The notes under the pieces: model-generated
Database searches by the model: none
What the model was told of the DNA's origin: nothing
What the model saw: the letters and a program-made list of their open reading frames with translations, nothing else
Program-made: the position numbers and the translations under genes
Part shown: piece after piece, positions 50,979-62,099 of the stretch
How the letters are laid out: the number at the start of each line of letters is the position of its first letter
Position numbering within the stretch: the stretch's first letter is position 1
Assembly (NCBI GenBank): GCA_963784445.1
Contig: CAWARO010000003.1
Coordinates: 669,276-733,275, forward strand
Direction of reading: 5' to 3'
DNA length: 64,000 nucleotides
Source: an uncultured Acidimicrobiia bacterium
GTDB taxonomy: Bacteria > Acidobacteriota > Vicinamibacteria > Vicinamibacterales > UBA2999

Positions 50979-51890
50979 CTATTGATAGATCGTCCCGGTG
51001 TTGATCACGGGTTGCGTGTTGCGGTCGCCGCACAGCACGACCAGGAGATTGCTGACCATCGCGGCCTTGCGCTCTTCATCCAGCTGGATGATCGACTTGG
51101 CCGACAGCATGTCGAGCGCCATTTCGACCATGCCGACCGCGCCTTCGACGATGCGTTGGCGGGCGGCGATGATGGCGCCGGCTTGTTGCCGTTGCAGCAT
51201 GGCCGCCGCGATTTCCGGTGCGTAGGCCAGGTGGCTGATGCGGGCTTCGATCACCTCGACGCCGGCTTTGACCAGTCGATCGCCGATCTCGCGCTTGAGG
51301 TGATCGGCCACGGCGTTGGTGTGTCCGCGCAGCGACACATGCGTATCGTCGTGCGCGTCGTAGGCGTAGCTGGTGGCCAGGTTTCGCAGCGCCGCCTCGC
51401 TTTGCACCTTGACGTAGTGTTCGAAGTCGTCCACCTCGAACATCGCTTCGGCGGTTTCGAACACTTTCCACACTACGACCGCGGCTATCTCGATCGGATT
51501 GCCGTCGATGTCGTTGACCTTGAGGTGTGAGCTATCGAAGTTGCGCACGCGCAGCGACACCTTTCGCTTGGTCATGAAGGGATTCGCCCATCGCAGGCCC
51601 TCGAGCTTGGCGGTGCCCTTGTATTCGCCAAACAGCTGCAGCACCTTGCCCTCGTTCGGGTTCACCATGAACAGGCCCGCGGTGAGGAACGTGAGCACGG
51701 CAATGGCCAGCGCCGCGACGACGATTTCCGGCGCCGATTGCGTACGGATGTTCATGACGAGCATCCAGAGGGACGCCGCCTCTGCCAGCAGGATGACGAG
51801 CAGGACGGGTAGACCGGGCAAGCCGTTGTAGGCGCGTTCGCGAATCATGGGACGGGGTCCTCCTTGTTGACGATATTGATTTGATATCAC
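50979..51890 (-). CDS. SPFH/band-7 domain membrane protein
   Basis: 303 aa with two N-terminal TM segments followed by an SPFH domain. Confidence 0.9.
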   Translation of the reverse strand: MISNQYRQQGGPRPMIRERAYNGLPGLPVLLVILLAEAASLWMLVMNIRTQSAPEIVVAALAIAVLTFLTAGLFMVNPNEGKVLQLFGEYKGTAKLEGLRWANPFMTKRKVSLRVRNFDSSHLKVNDIDGNPIEIAAVVVWKVFETAEAMFEVDDFEHYVKVQSEAALRNLATSYAYDAHDDTHVSLRGHTNAVADHLKREIGDRLVKAGVEVIEARISHLAYAPEIAAAMLQRQQAGAIIAARQRIVEGAVGMVEMALDMLSAKSIIQLDEERKAAMVSNLLVVLCGDRNTQPVINTGTIYQ

Positions 51891-51977
51891 TTTGGTATCG
51901 TTGTCAAGTCGGGTCGTTCCCCTCTTCTAACCCCTTTCAATCTTCTGGCCTTCTGTAAAAGGCGCTAAGCTGACGCT

Positions 51978-52280
51978 ATGGCGAAGCTCACCAGCGAACG
52001 TGAAATGGCGTGTCCGTGCTGCGGCGCGGTCCTGACCGTTGACCTCAACCTGGGCCGTATTGTGAGCCACGAGTCGCCACTGAACCCAAACACCCCGGAG
52101 CTCGATAACGCGCAGAAGATCCTCGCCGACCAGGCCGCGCGTCGCGACGCGCTGTTCCAGCAGTCGTTCGAGAACGAGAAGAACAAGGGCGACGCCTTGT
52201 CGAAGCGTTTTGAAGAGGCGTTGAAGGAAGCGAAGAAGGAACCCGTCTCAAAACCACTACGCGGCTTCGACCTCGATTAA
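51978..52280 (+). CDS. small zinc-ribbon protein
   Basis: 100 aa. A CPCCGAVL motif followed by a charged helical tail. Its stop overlaps the start of the EEP gene. Confidence 0.55.
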   Translation: MAKLTSEREMACPCCGAVLTVDLNLGRIVSHESPLNPNTPELDNAQKILADQAARRDALFQQSFENEKNKGDALSKRFEEALKEAKKEPVSKPLRGFDLD

Positions 52281-53017
52281 TGTCGGACGAGTCGAAGCGC
52301 ACGCGCAACGTGCGCGTTGCCACGTACAACATCCATCGTGCCCGCGGACTTGATGGCCGCACCCGCCTCGAACGTATCGCGAGCGTGCTCGCGTCGATCG
52401 ACGCCGACGTGGTCGCGCTGCAGGAAGTGGTTGGCGCGAGTCCATTGAAGCCGGGCCAAGCCGCCGAGCTCGGCGCGGCCCTGGGCATGGGCTGGGTCAT
52501 GGCGCCGACGCGGCATTTCCGTACGGCGCTCTTTGGCAACGTGGTCCTCAGCCGCTTTCCGGTGCGCCATCACGTGCAGCACGACCTGACATGGAAAACC
52601 TGCGAGCACCGCGGCGTGCAGCGCGTCGATGTGGCGATGGATGACGACACGCTGCACGTCTATAACGTGCATCTCGGCACGTCGCTGCTCGAACGGCGTC
52701 ACCAGGCCGCCAAACTGGCCTCGGTCGTCCACGACCGTCGCGTCGCGGGTCCGAAAATCGTGCTGGGCGATTTCAACGAATGGGCGCGCGGCATGGCCAA
52801 GGACGTGCTCGCCGAGCGGCTGCAAAGCATCGATCTCAGCAAGCACTTGAGCCGGCGCCGAACCTATCCCGGATTCTTTCCGATCCTCCACCTCGATCAC
52901 ATCTATTACGAGGGCAAGGTCGAAGTCATGAAGGTGTCACTGCCGCGCGATCGAATGGCGCTGATGGCGTCCGATCATTTGCCGTTAGTGGCTGATCTTC
53001 GAATTGGCTTCGACTGA
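52280..53017 (+). CDS. endonuclease/exonuclease/phosphatase (EEP) family protein
   Basis: 245 aa with VATYNIH, DVVALQEV, GDFNEW and SDHLPLVADL motifs. Confidence 0.85.
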   Translation: MSDESKRTRNVRVATYNIHRARGLDGRTRLERIASVLASIDADVVALQEVVGASPLKPGQAAELGAALGMGWVMAPTRHFRTALFGNVVLSRFPVRHHVQHDLTWKTCEHRGVQRVDVAMDDDTLHVYNVHLGTSLLERRHQAAKLASVVHDRRVAGPKIVLGDFNEWARGMAKDVLAERLQSIDLSKHLSRRRTYPGFFPILHLDHIYYEGKVEVMKVSLPRDRMALMASDHLPLVADLRIGFD

Positions 53018-53700
53018 TTCTTCGTGTAAAGAAACTCCGCGGGCAGTGGCTCCCATTTGTCTTTGCCGCGGTAATAGACCGGCTTCCGGTCGTTGTGCGT
53101 CGCCCGGTATGCCTTGTACTTCTTGAGCAGGCGCCGATATCTACGGTCGGACGTCTTGATCTTCTTGTGCGGGAAATCGATCAGCATCTGCTCGACCTTC
53201 CACACGTTCTTCGTCGACAAACGCCAGTCGTAGCCGGGTAGCGTCGTCCTCAGATCCGCGAGACCGAAGCCCTTTAAGCGGCCCGTGTGATCGACGTAGC
53301 CGTCGTAGTAACTCCGCGCCAGCGCGCGCGGCGAGCGGAAGCGCGGCTTGCGGCCGTGCAAGCCCGGGTCGCGCGAGCGGGCGATCGAGCCCCAGCCCGT
53401 GTCGTGGCGATAGACGAAGATGACGTGGTCGAGCCAGTCCTGCGACTCGAGGCTCATCACCAGCGGGGGATAGCCGTGCTGCTCCATCACCACCGCCGCA
53501 AAGAGCGCGGCCTCGAGGCAATGCGCCGTCTCGAGGCGCGCCACCGGGCGGAAGCTGCGCAGCGTCTCGGCCCCTTGTTCAGTGTTGTAGCGAAGCGCGT
53601 TCAACCATCGCTGCACCTTCGACGGCGTGTTGAGCCGCGCGATGAGCGCGCGTTCGGCGCGGGTGAAAGGAAGGTCCGAGTTCGCCAAGCTAACGGACAA
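52975..53700 (-). CDS. hypothetical protein with possible transglutaminase/papain-like Cys-His-Asp core
   Basis: 241 aa. TAHCLEAALFAA and LDHVIFVY spacing plus a basic C-terminal tail. The 3' end overlaps the EEP gene by 43 nt. Confidence 0.5.
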   Translation of the reverse strand: MSVSLANSDLPFTRAERALIARLNTPSKVQRWLNALRYNTEQGAETLRSFRPVARLETAHCLEAALFAAVVMEQHGYPPLVMSLESQDWLDHVIFVYRHDTGWGSIARSRDPGLHGRKPRFRSPRALARSYYDGYVDHTGRLKGFGLADLRTTLPGYDWRLSTKNVWKVEQMLIDFPHKKIKTSDRRYRRLLKKYKAYRATHNDRKPVYYRGKDKWEPLPAEFLYTKNQSKPIRRSATNGK

Positions 53701-54559
53701 GCGCAGCCTTCAGCTCGCGGGCGAGATCCTCAGCCGTCCACGCGTTGTTGTCGAGGATGGCCGTCACCCGACCGGACGGATCGATCACGGCGGTGCGCAG
53801 GTTGTGCGTGATGGTGCCGTCTAGTTCGCGGATGACATTGATGCCGAACCGCGCCGCGAGCCGATCGACGTTCTCCTCCGCGGCGGTCGCGAAGCGCCAG
53901 ACCGACGGATCGGCGCCGAGCTTCCTGGCGTGATTCCTGAGCACGGGTGCCCGATCGAATCTCGGATCGAAGCTCACCGACAGCAGCCGGACCTTGCCGG
54001 CCAGCGCCGGATCCTTCGCCACCAGCGCCTGCACTTCAGCGAAGCGGCGATCCAGCAACGGGCAATACTGCGGCAGCGGACAGCGCGTATAGATAAAGGT
54101 GATTGCCGCGGCGGACCCGGCGAAGTCCTTCAGCGCGATCCGCTGTTCGTCCTGATCGATCAGCGCCGTGTCGGGCACCGCGGCACCGGGCTGGAGCAAC
54201 TCGACGCCCGCCGCCGCGGGTATCGTCGTCCGCGCGTCGGCCGGTAACGGTGCCGACCCGGTCTTGGTAATCGCCGAGAGGTGCGCGAGGGTCGACTCCA
54301 CCACGAGGGTCGCCGTGATCAAGTCACCCGGGCCGCGATCCTTCAGCAGCGCCGTATCCTTGACCACATACGGCATGGTCATGGCCGGCATGAAGCCGGG
54401 AATGTCTTCGTGCTTGACGAGGATTTCACGCGTCTCCGGCTTGACGGCCAGGACCTGGCCCTTCAACTCATAGGTGCGCGCCTCGGGCTCGCGACCGCAT
54501 CCGGCACCAAGAATCGCGAAGCCGACAATCACCAATCGCCAAACAGTCAGTCGATCCAT
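53690..54559 (-). CDS. SCO1/SenC family copper chaperone with N-terminal Met-rich metal-binding domain
   Basis: Internal ATG start (MDRLTVWRLVIVGFAILGAGC lipobox-like). HEDIPGFMPAMTMPY motif, then the thioredoxin-fold CPLPQYCP motif. Confidence 0.85.
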   Translation of the reverse strand: MDRLTVWRLVIVGFAILGAGCGREPEARTYELKGQVLAVKPETREILVKHEDIPGFMPAMTMPYVVKDTALLKDRGPGDLITATLVVESTLAHLSAITKTGSAPLPADARTTIPAAAGVELLQPGAAVPDTALIDQDEQRIALKDFAGSAAAITFIYTRCPLPQYCPLLDRRFAEVQALVAKDPALAGKVRLLSVSFDPRFDRAPVLRNHARKLGADPSVWRFATAAEENVDRLAARFGINVIRELDGTITHNLRTAVIDPSGRVTAILDNNAWTAEDLARELKAALVR

Positions 54560-54589
54560 CAATTGACGATCTAAAATTATAGTCTTCTC

Positions 54590-55300
54590 ATGATCCTCGT
54601 AGGGACCAGCGGCTACAACTATCCGGAGTGGAAGGGCAGCTTCTATCCTGCAGATCTCCCGGCCACGAAATTCCTGCCTTACTACGCCGGCAGGTTTCCG
54701 ACCGTGGAGATCAACTACACCTTCTATCGCATGCCCACGCCGAAGATCGTCGCCGGCTGGCGTGCCCAGGTGCCGGCGGAGTTTCGCTTCACGCTCAAGG
54801 CGCCGAAGCGGATTACGCACGATCGCCGTTTGCGCGCGGCGGAGGTCAGCGAGCCGTTGCAAGGTTTCATCACCGCGGCCACCGAGCTCGGCCCGCAGCT
54901 CGCCGCGCTGCTGTTTCAACTGCCGCCCAACTTCAAGAAGGACCTGGTCCTCCTGAACGAGTTCCTGTCGCTGCTGCCGCCGAAGACCACGGCGGCATTC
55001 GAGTTTCGCAACCAGTCGTGGCTGGCGGATGATGTCTACGACGCGCTCAGGGCGCGGAACATCGCCTTGTGCATTGCCGACAGCGAGACCCGCGAAACGC
55101 CGGTGGTGAAGACGGCCAGTTATGCTTACCTTCGACTGCGAGACGAGGGCTACGGCGACGCCGAGATCGCGCACTGGGCGGAGACCGCGCGTAAACTTGG
55201 CGAATCTGCTTCGGATGTGTTCGTCTATTTCAAGCACGAAGATGAAGGTAAGGGCGCGGCGTTCGGCCAGCAGATGATGACCCTGTTGAATCAATCATGA
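54590..55300 (+). CDS. DUF72 family protein
   Basis: 236 aa. N-terminus ILVGTSGYNYPEWKGSFYP. Confidence 0.9.
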   Translation: MILVGTSGYNYPEWKGSFYPADLPATKFLPYYAGRFPTVEINYTFYRMPTPKIVAGWRAQVPAEFRFTLKAPKRITHDRRLRAAEVSEPLQGFITAATELGPQLAALLFQLPPNFKKDLVLLNEFLSLLPPKTTAAFEFRNQSWLADDVYDALRARNIALCIADSETRETPVVKTASYAYLRLRDEGYGDAEIAHWAETARKLGESASDVFVYFKHEDEGKGAAFGQQMMTLLNQS

Positions 55301-56871
55301 TCAGACTCCTGTTTCTCGTCCTTCTCCTGAGCGCCTGCTCGCCGCAGCCGCCCGCACAACCAGCCACGCCAGCGAAGCCCGCTGTGGACGTCGTCGAATT
55401 GAGCGCGATCGACGCGCGCGATCGCATGGCGAAGGGCGAGCTCACGTCCGAAGTGCTGACCCAGGCCTACCTGCGGCGCATCACTAACGTGGACGATGGT
55501 GGACCACTGCTCGGGTCGGTAATCGAGGTGAATCCCAGGGCCGAAGACGAGGCGCGGGCACGAGACGAGGAGCGTAAGGCCGGCAAGGTCCGCGGCCCTC
55601 TGCACGGCATTCCCATCCTGATCAAAGACAACGTCGACGTGGCCGGCATGGTGAACTCCGCCGGCTCGCTCGCGCTCGCCGACCATCAGCCGAAAGCCGA
55701 CGCGTTCATGGTGACGCGCTTGCGGGACGCGGGCGCCGTCATCCTGGGGAAGACCAACCTGAGCGAGTGGGCCAACTTCCGCTCCACGCGGTCGACGTCT
55801 GGCTGGAGCTCACGCGGCGGTCAGACGAAGAATCCGTACGTGCTCGATCGCAATCCGTGCGGATCGAGCTCGGGCACCGGCACCGCGATCGCCGCCAGTC
55901 TTGGCGCCATCGGCATCGGCACCGAAACCGATGGCAGCATCATCTGCCCGGCATCGGTCAGCGGGCTGGTGGGCTTGAAGCCGACGGTGGGACTGGTCAG
56001 CCGCACGGGCATCATTCCGATTTCGATCTCGCAAGACACCGCGGGCCCGATGTCGCGGACCGTGGCCGATTCGGCGCTGCTGCTGAGCGCCATGGCCGGC
56101 GTCGACAAGGCGGATCCCGCAGGCGCCGCGGCGCAAGGCAAGATCGCCGCCGATTACACGGCCTTCCTCAAAGCCGACGCGGTGAAGGGCAAGCGGTTTG
56201 GTGTGATGCGAAACGTGATGGCGCCGCATCCTGACGTGACCGCCGCGCTGAACAAGGCAGTCGACGCCCTCAAGGGCGCCGGGGCGGAAGTGATTGACGT
56301 CCGCATCGCCAATTACAACGACTGGAACGATGACGAACAGACGGTGTTGCAGTACGAATTCAAGGACGGCCTGAACGCGTACCTGAAGAACAGCGGCGCG
56401 CCACTCGCGACACTCGAAGCGGTGATTGCCTTCAACAAGGCCAACGCCGATCGCGTGATGCCGATCTTCGGACAGGAGAATTTCGAAGCATCGCAGGCGA
56501 AAGGACCGCTGACCGACGCCGCGTATCTGAAGGCGAAGGAGCGTGCGCGCCGCATGGCCGGGCGCGAAGGGCTGATCGCGACGCTCGATCGACACAAGCT
56601 CGATGCCTTGATCGCGCCGAGCGTGCCACCGGCCTGGCCGACGGATCATGTGCTCGGCGATCACTTCCTGGGCGCCGGCTATGGCATGGCCGCGGTCGCG
56701 GGCACCCCGAGTCTGAGCGTCCCGATCGGCGAGAGCCACGGCTTGCCGCTCGGTCTGACCTTCATGGGCCGCGCCTATACCGAAGGGGAGTTGATTGGAT
56801 TTGGGTACGCGCTGGAACAGTTGACGAAGGCGCGCAAAGCGCCGGGCTTCAAGCCGACGCTTTCACCGTAG
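55297..56871 (+). CDS. secreted amidase (amidase signature family)
   Basis: 524 aa. Lipoprotein-like signal (LLLSAC), GIPILIKDN and [12 protein letters not shown] motifs. Confidence 0.9.
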   Translation: MIRLLFLVLLLSACSPQPPAQPATPAKPAVDVVELSAIDARDRMAKGELTSEVLTQAYLRRITNVDDGGPLLGSVIEVNPRAEDEARARDEERKAGKVRGPLHGIPILIKDNVDVAGMVNSAGSLALADHQPKADAFMVTRLRDAGAVILGKTNLSEWANFRSTRSTSGWSSRGGQTKNPYVLDRNPCGSSSGTGTAIAASLGAIGIGTETDGSIICPASVSGLVGLKPTVGLVSRTGIIPISISQDTAGPMSRTVADSALLLSAMAGVDKADPAGAAAQGKIAADYTAFLKADAVKGKRFGVMRNVMAPHPDVTAALNKAVDALKGAGAEVIDVRIANYNDWNDDEQTVLQYEFKDGLNAYLKNSGAPLATLEAVIAFNKANADRVMPIFGQENFEASQAKGPLTDAAYLKAKERARRMAGREGLIATLDRHKLDALIAPSVPPAWPTDHVLGDHFLGAGYGMAAVAGTPSLSVPIGESHGLPLGLTFMGRAYTEGELIGFGYALEQLTKARKAPGFKPTLSP

Positions 56872-57268
56872 TCAGCGGATGTTGCTTGCGCCGCCGGCGG
56901 CGCAGCAGCAACCGGAACGGCCAGGGCAGGCGCGGCATCCGGTAGCGGATCATCACGATCTTTCCGGGCCGCAGGCTATCCTCCTGCACGGGCGGCGCCG
57001 GTTTGGCCTCCTCCGCCGGCGTGGGAAACGCCAGGGCGTGACGACGCATTTGCTCGGCGACGCGCCACGCAATCTCATCGAGCAACTCGGTCGTGAGGTT
57101 GACCTCACCCAGTCCCGGCAGGCTGGGCTGCGGGCCGGTATCGGTCGCCCGCCGGCGTGGGTGAACCAGCCGCGAATCGATGTCCTCCATCGTCGCGTCG
57201 AGCTCGCTCTGCCATTCGAGCCGCGCCCCTCCCACAATTTCACTTGTTTTCGCGTTATCGCCCGACAT
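56849..57268 (-). CDS. hypothetical protein
   Basis: 139-aa ORF with no recognised domain. Overlaps the amidase 3' end by 23 nt. Confidence 0.3.
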   Translation of the reverse strand: MSGDNAKTSEIVGGARLEWQSELDATMEDIDSRLVHPRRRATDTGPQPSLPGLGEVNLTTELLDEIAWRVAEQMRRHALAFPTPAEEAKPAPPVQEDSLRPGKIVMIRYRMPRLPWPFRLLLRRRRRKQHPLTTVKASA

Positions 57269-57334
57269 TTACACGCCTTGCGACACGCAGGGTACCTGCA
57301 TCCCTCGCTGTATCGGCGGCGTCCGGGTGGGCCT

Positions 57335-58312
57335 CTAGAGCTTAGAGGTCAGGAAATCGACGACCGTCTTCTCGGCGAAGTAGCCGTCGTAGCCGTTCGC
57401 GGATTCCACGAACGCGCAGTGACCGCCGCAGCCCGTGACGATGGTGGTGATGTGCGGGTTGTGACGCACCGCGGGCGTATCGAAAATATTTGGTGGGACG
57501 AACGGGTCGTCCGCGGCGCTGAGAATGAGTGACGGCCGCGCCACCCGATCGATCACGCGCATCGCACTGGCGCGATAGTAGTAATCCTCGGCGCCGTCGA
57601 AGCCGTGATGCGGCGCCGTATAGCGATCGTCGAACGCGCGAATCGACCACACTTTCCACAGCCCCGTGAGATCGAAAGCACCGGGAAACACCCGCGCCTT
57701 CCGGCGCATCCGCGCCTGCAGGTTGCGGCAGAAGTTCCACTCGTAAATCCGGTTTTCGCGCCGCTCGATTGATTGCACGCACGCTTCGAGCTCGATCACG
57801 GGCGACACTGCGGCGAACGCCTTCACCTCCGGCAGGTCGGCGGCGCCGAGCTCGCCGGCGAGCTTCAGCGTGACGTTTCCGCCCATCGAGTAGCCGGACA
57901 CGGCAAAGGTCCGCAGGCCGTCGCGATCGCGGAGTTCCTCCAGCACGGCGCGTGGATCGGCCGTCAGGCCTGAGTGATACAGCCCGCGCGACAGATGTTC
58001 CGTGCCGCCGCAATTGCGCATGTTGAGCCGCAGCACGTTGAACCCGCGCGCGAAGGCCTTGTCGGCGAGGCCGCGCATGTAGTGGGCCTCGCTCGAGCCT
58101 TCGAGGCCGTGCAGTATCAGCAGCGTTGGCGCCGCCCTACGGTCGGGCTGCCAGTTGCACTGCGCGAGCACGCGTGCGTCGGCCGCCACGTCGAAAAACC
58201 TGGGTTCGGCGGGGGGCAGCGTCTGCAGGGCACGGCGTTTCGCCCATGCATATAGCGTCATCTTGTGGCCGCCGGCCCACCGTGGAAGAGGAGTGTACAA
58301 AGCGATGTTCAA
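57335..58312 (-). CDS. alpha/beta hydrolase (YheT-like)
   Basis: GYSMGGN nucleophile elbow. An alternative start lies at 58261 (MTLYAWAKRR). Confidence 0.85.
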   Translation of the reverse strand: MNIALYTPLPRWAGGHKMTLYAWAKRRALQTLPPAEPRFFDVAADARVLAQCNWQPDRRAAPTLLILHGLEGSSEAHYMRGLADKAFARGFNVLRLNMRNCGGTEHLSRGLYHSGLTADPRAVLEELRDRDGLRTFAVSGYSMGGNVTLKLAGELGAADLPEVKAFAAVSPVIELEACVQSIERRENRIYEWNFCRNLQARMRRKARVFPGAFDLTGLWKVWSIRAFDDRYTAPHHGFDGAEDYYYRASAMRVIDRVARPSLILSAADDPFVPPNIFDTPAVRHNPHITTIVTGCGGHCAFVESANGYDGYFAEKTVVDFLTSKL

Positions 58313-58328
58313 TATTATGATTCAGCCC

Positions 58329-60449
58329 ATGAAACACATGCTTTCCGCCCTGGCGCTACTAGCGTGTACGGCGACGCTGTCCGCGCAGGGTCTCAGCTAC
58401 CCGAACACCCGCACGGTCGATCACGTCGACACCTATCACGGCACCAAGGTGCCGGATCCCTATCGCTGGCTCGAGGACGACACGTCCGCGGAAACGGCGA
58501 AGTGGGTCGAGGCGCAGAACAAGGTGACGTTCGCGTATCTCGATCAGATCCCGTACCGCGCGCAGCTGACCAAGCGGCTGAAAGCGTTGTACGACTACGC
58601 CAAGTTCGGCATGCCGCAGCGCCGTGGCGAGACGTATTTCTTCTCGAAGAACGACGGCCTACAAAACCAGAGCGTCTACTACATCCAGCGCGGACTAAAC
58701 GGCACGCCCGAGGTCTTCATCGACCCGAACCAGTGGTCCGAAGACGGCACCGTGCGCCTGACCACGTTCGCGCCGTCGCGGGACGGGAAGCTCGTGGCCT
58801 ACGGCGTGTCGCGCAGCGGATCCGACTGGCAGGAGTACCGCGTGATGGATGTGTCGACCCGCAAGCCGACGAGCGACCGCGTGGAATGGGTCAAGGTGTC
58901 GGGCGTGGCGTGGCGCGGCAACGGGTTTTACTACAGCCGCTATCCAGCGCCCGAGAAGGGGAAAGAGCTCTCGTCGATCAACGAGGATCACCAGGTCTAT
59001 TACCACCGGCTCGGCACGCCGCAGTCGGCCGACGAGCTGGTGTTCCGCGATGCCAAGAACCCGCAGCGATTCCACTTCCTCAGCACCACCGAAGATGAAC
59101 GCTTCGCGGTGCTCGAGGTCTCCGATCGCGGCACGGGTAAGCAGGGCAACGCGATCTTCGTGCAGGACCTGTCAACGCCAGGCGCCAAGTTCACGCCGCT
59201 GATTCCCGATATCACCGACGACACCTACAGCGTGCTCGAGAGCGTCCGCGGCGAGCTGCTGGTCTTCACCGACAAGGACGCCCCGAACGGCCGCGTCGTT
59301 CGCATCGACCCCGCGAATCCGGCGCCGGCGAATTGGAAAGTAATCCTGGCCGAGAAGCCCGACACGATCGACAGCATCTCGGTGGCCGGCGGCAAGGTGA
59401 TCGCCACCTACATGAAGGATGTGGCGTCGAAGGCCTACGTGCACAGCATCGAAGGCGCGCTCGAGAACGAGATCGATCTACCGGGACTCGGCAGCGTGAG
59501 CGGATTCAACGGCCGCATGGACGACTCGAACCTGTTCTACACCTATTCGTCGTTCAACTACCCGTCGACGATTTTCCGCTATGAAGTAGCGGCGCGAAAG
59601 AGCTCGGTGTTCCGCGCGCCGGTGATTCCCGGCCTCGACGTCAACCAGTACGACACCAAACAGGTGTTCGTGACGAGCAAGGACGGCGCGAGGGTGCCGA
59701 TGTTCCTCGTCCACAAGAAGGGCATCGCGCTCGACGGCAACAACCCGACGCTGATGTACGGCTACGGCGGGTTCAACATCGCCACCACGCCCGGGTTCAA
59801 TTCGCTGCGCATCGCGTTGCTGGAACAGGGGTTCGTCTACGCCAGCGTCAACATGCGCGGCGGCAGCGAGTACGGCGAGGCCTGGCACGACGCCGGCACG
59901 AAGCTGAAGAAGCAGAACGTGTTCGACGATTTCATCGCCGGCGCCGAGTGGCTGATCGCGAACAAGTACACCAACCCGTCGAAGCTGGCCGCGCAGGGAG
60001 GCTCGAACGGCGGCCTGCTGGTGGGCGCGGTGATCAACCAGCGTCCCGAGCTGTTCCGCGCCGCGATTCCGCAAGTCGGCGTGATGGACATGTTGCGGTT
60101 CCACAAGTTCACGATCGGCTGGAACTGGATCGCCGACTACGGCTCGAGCGATCAGCCCGAAGAGTTCAAGGCGCTGCGCGCCTACTCACCGCTCCACAAC
60201 ATCAAGACTGGAGTGAAGTACCCGGCGACGCTGATCACCACCGCCGATCATGACGATCGCGTCGTGCCGGCGCACTCGTTCAAGTACGCCGCGACGCTCC
60301 AGAAGGCGGCGAGCAAGGACAACCCGGTGGTGATCCGCATCGAAACCAAGTCTGGCCACGGCGCCAGCAACGTGACCAAGCAGATCGAAGCGACGGCTGA
60401 TATTTACGCATTTCTGATGCACAACCTCGGTGTGACGCCGAAGTTCTAA
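58329..60449 (+). CDS. prolyl oligopeptidase (S9A)
   Basis: MKHMLSALALLACTATLSAQG signal, N-terminal propeller region, GGSNGGLL catalytic Ser, DDRV and GHG motifs. The track ORF extends upstream to 58155. Confidence 0.92.
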   Translation: MKHMLSALALLACTATLSAQGLSYPNTRTVDHVDTYHGTKVPDPYRWLEDDTSAETAKWVEAQNKVTFAYLDQIPYRAQLTKRLKALYDYAKFGMPQRRGETYFFSKNDGLQNQSVYYIQRGLNGTPEVFIDPNQWSEDGTVRLTTFAPSRDGKLVAYGVSRSGSDWQEYRVMDVSTRKPTSDRVEWVKVSGVAWRGNGFYYSRYPAPEKGKELSSINEDHQVYYHRLGTPQSADELVFRDAKNPQRFHFLSTTEDERFAVLEVSDRGTGKQGNAIFVQDLSTPGAKFTPLIPDITDDTYSVLESVRGELLVFTDKDAPNGRVVRIDPANPAPANWKVILAEKPDTIDSISVAGGKVIATYMKDVASKAYVHSIEGALENEIDLPGLGSVSGFNGRMDDSNLFYTYSSFNYPSTIFRYEVAARKSSVFRAPVIPGLDVNQYDTKQVFVTSKDGARVPMFLVHKKGIALDGNNPTLMYGYGGFNIATTPGFNSLRIALLEQGFVYASVNMRGGSEYGEAWHDAGTKLKKQNVFDDFIAGAEWLIANKYTNPSKLAAQGGSNGGLLVGAVINQRPELFRAAIPQVGVMDMLRFHKFTIGWNWIADYGSSDQPEEFKALRAYSPLHNIKTGVKYPATLITTADHDDRVVPAHSFKYAATLQKAASKDNPVVIRIETKSGHGASNVTKQIEATADIYAFLMHNLGVTPKF

Positions 60450-60494
60450 TGGGGCTTGCCTCGCCCAAGCGAGGCGCGAAGGCGGGAGGATTGA

Positions 60495-62099
60495 ATGAAA
60501 CGTTTGATCGTTGCAGTTCTGGTTTCGGCTCTCGCGGGGGCATCGGCATCCGCGCAGGGGCCCGCGAAACTTCCCGACTACAAGAAGGAAGCCGTCAAGG
60601 GCGTGGACGAGATGTCCAAGCTGGCGCAGGAGATGGTCGACTCCGTCTTCAGCTTCGGCGAGCTTGGTTTCCAGGAAGTCGAGACCTCGCGGTACCTCAC
60701 CAGCCAGCTCGAGAAGTTTGGCTTCACTGTGCAGCGCGGCGTGGCCGGTATTCCCACGGCCTGGGTGGCGAAGTGGGGATCGGGCAAGCCCGTGATTGCG
60801 CTGGGCTCCGACATCGACGGCATCCCGCAGGCGTCGCAGAAACCTGGCGTCGCGTATCCGGATCCGATCATCGAGGGCGCGCCCGGTCATGGCGAGGGTC
60901 ACAACACCGGAATGCCGCTGAACGTGATCGCCGCTATCGCCGTGAAGCGCATCATGGAGCGCGACAAGCTGCCCGGCACGATCATGCTGTGGCCAGGCGT
61001 CGCCGAGGAGCAGCTGGCCACCAAGGCGTGGTACGTGCGCGAGGGCGTGTTCAAGGACGTGGACATCGTGTTGTTCACGCACGTCGGCAACAACCTCGGC
61101 GTGTCGTGGGGTGAAGGCGGCGGCAACGGCATGGTCTCCGTCGAATACACGTTCGAAGGCGAGACGGCGCACAGCGCCGGCGCGCCATGGCGCGGCCGGT
61201 CGGCGCTCGACGCGGTCGAGCTGATGAACATCGGCTGGAACTATCGCCGCGAGCACCTGCGCCTGTCGCAGCGCTCGCACTCGGTGATCACCAACGGCGG
61301 CGATCAGCCGAACGTGGTGCCGAGAAACGCCAGCATCTGGTACTACTTCCGCGAAACCGACTACGCCAACATCAAGCGCATGTGGGATATCGGCGACAAG
61401 ATGGCCGAAGGCGCGGCTTTGATGACCAACACCAAGTGGTCGTCGCGCATTCTCGGTGCCGCATATCCGCAGCACATGAACAAGACCGTCGCCGAAACGA
61501 TGTGGGAAAACATTAAGACGGTGGGCTTGCCCGTGTGGAGTGAGGCCGATCAAACGCTGGCCAAGGCGCTCCAGAAGGAACTCGGCAATCCCACGCAGCC
61601 GGGACTGGCCACCACCCTCGGCAACATCGGCGCGCCGAATCCGAATCGCGGTGAGAACACTGGCGGCGGGTCCGACGATATCGGCGACGTGTCGTGGAAC
61701 TACCCGACCGTGACGCTGCGTTTCCCGTCGAACATTCCCGGCCTGCCCGGCCACAACTGGTCGAGCGCCATTGCGAGCGCCACGCCGATCGCGCACAAGG
61801 GCGTGGTGGCCGGCGCGAAGGTGCAGGCGATGACCGTGCTGGATTTGATGACGCGTCCCGAGCTGATCAAGCAGGCCTGGGAGTACTACAACAACGTGCA
61901 GATGAAGGACGTGAAGTACGTCCCGCTGATCAGACCAGACACACCGCCGGCGATTCATCTCAACAAGGCGATCCTCGAGAAGTATCGCGATCAGATGCGG
62001 AAGTACTATTACGACCCGACCAAGTTCCCGACGTATCTCGACCAGTTGGGCATCAAGTACCCGACGGTGAGACCGACGACGCAGCCACAGGAGAACTAG
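60495..62099 (+). CDS. secreted M20-family amidohydrolase (AbgB-like), copy 1
   Basis: 534 aa. Signal peptide, GAPGHGEGHNTG and GGGSDDIGD motifs. Confidence 0.85.
   Translation: MKRLIVAVLVSALAGASASAQGPAKLPDYKKEAVKGVDEMSKLAQEMVDSVFSFGELGFQEVETSRYLTSQLEKFGFTVQRGVAGIPTAWVAKWGSGKPVIALGSDIDGIPQASQKPGVAYPDPIIEGAPGHGEGHNTGMPLNVIAAIAVKRIMERDKLPGTIMLWPGVAEEQLATKAWYVREGVFKDVDIVLFTHVGNNLGVSWGEGGGNGMVSVEYTFEGETAHSAGAPWRGRSALDAVELMNIGWNYRREHLRLSQRSHSVITNGGDQPNVVPRNASIWYYFRETDYANIKRMWDIGDKMAEGAALMTNTKWSSRILGAAYPQHMNKTVAETMWENIKTVGLPVWSEADQTLAKALQKELGNPTQPGLATTLGNIGAPNPNRGENTGGGSDDIGDVSWNYPTVTLRFPSNIPGLPGHNWSSAIASATPIAHKGVVAGAKVQAMTVLDLMTRPELIKQAWEYYNNVQMKDVKYVPLIRPDTPPAIHLNKAILEKYRDQMRKYYYDPTKFPTYLDQLGIKYPTVRPTTQPQEN

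Noticed and set aside
54560-55294. Upstream 245-codon extension of the SCO1 ORF
   Set aside because: It overlaps the DUF72 gene on the other strand. The SCO1 signal/lipobox begins at the internal ATG (54559).
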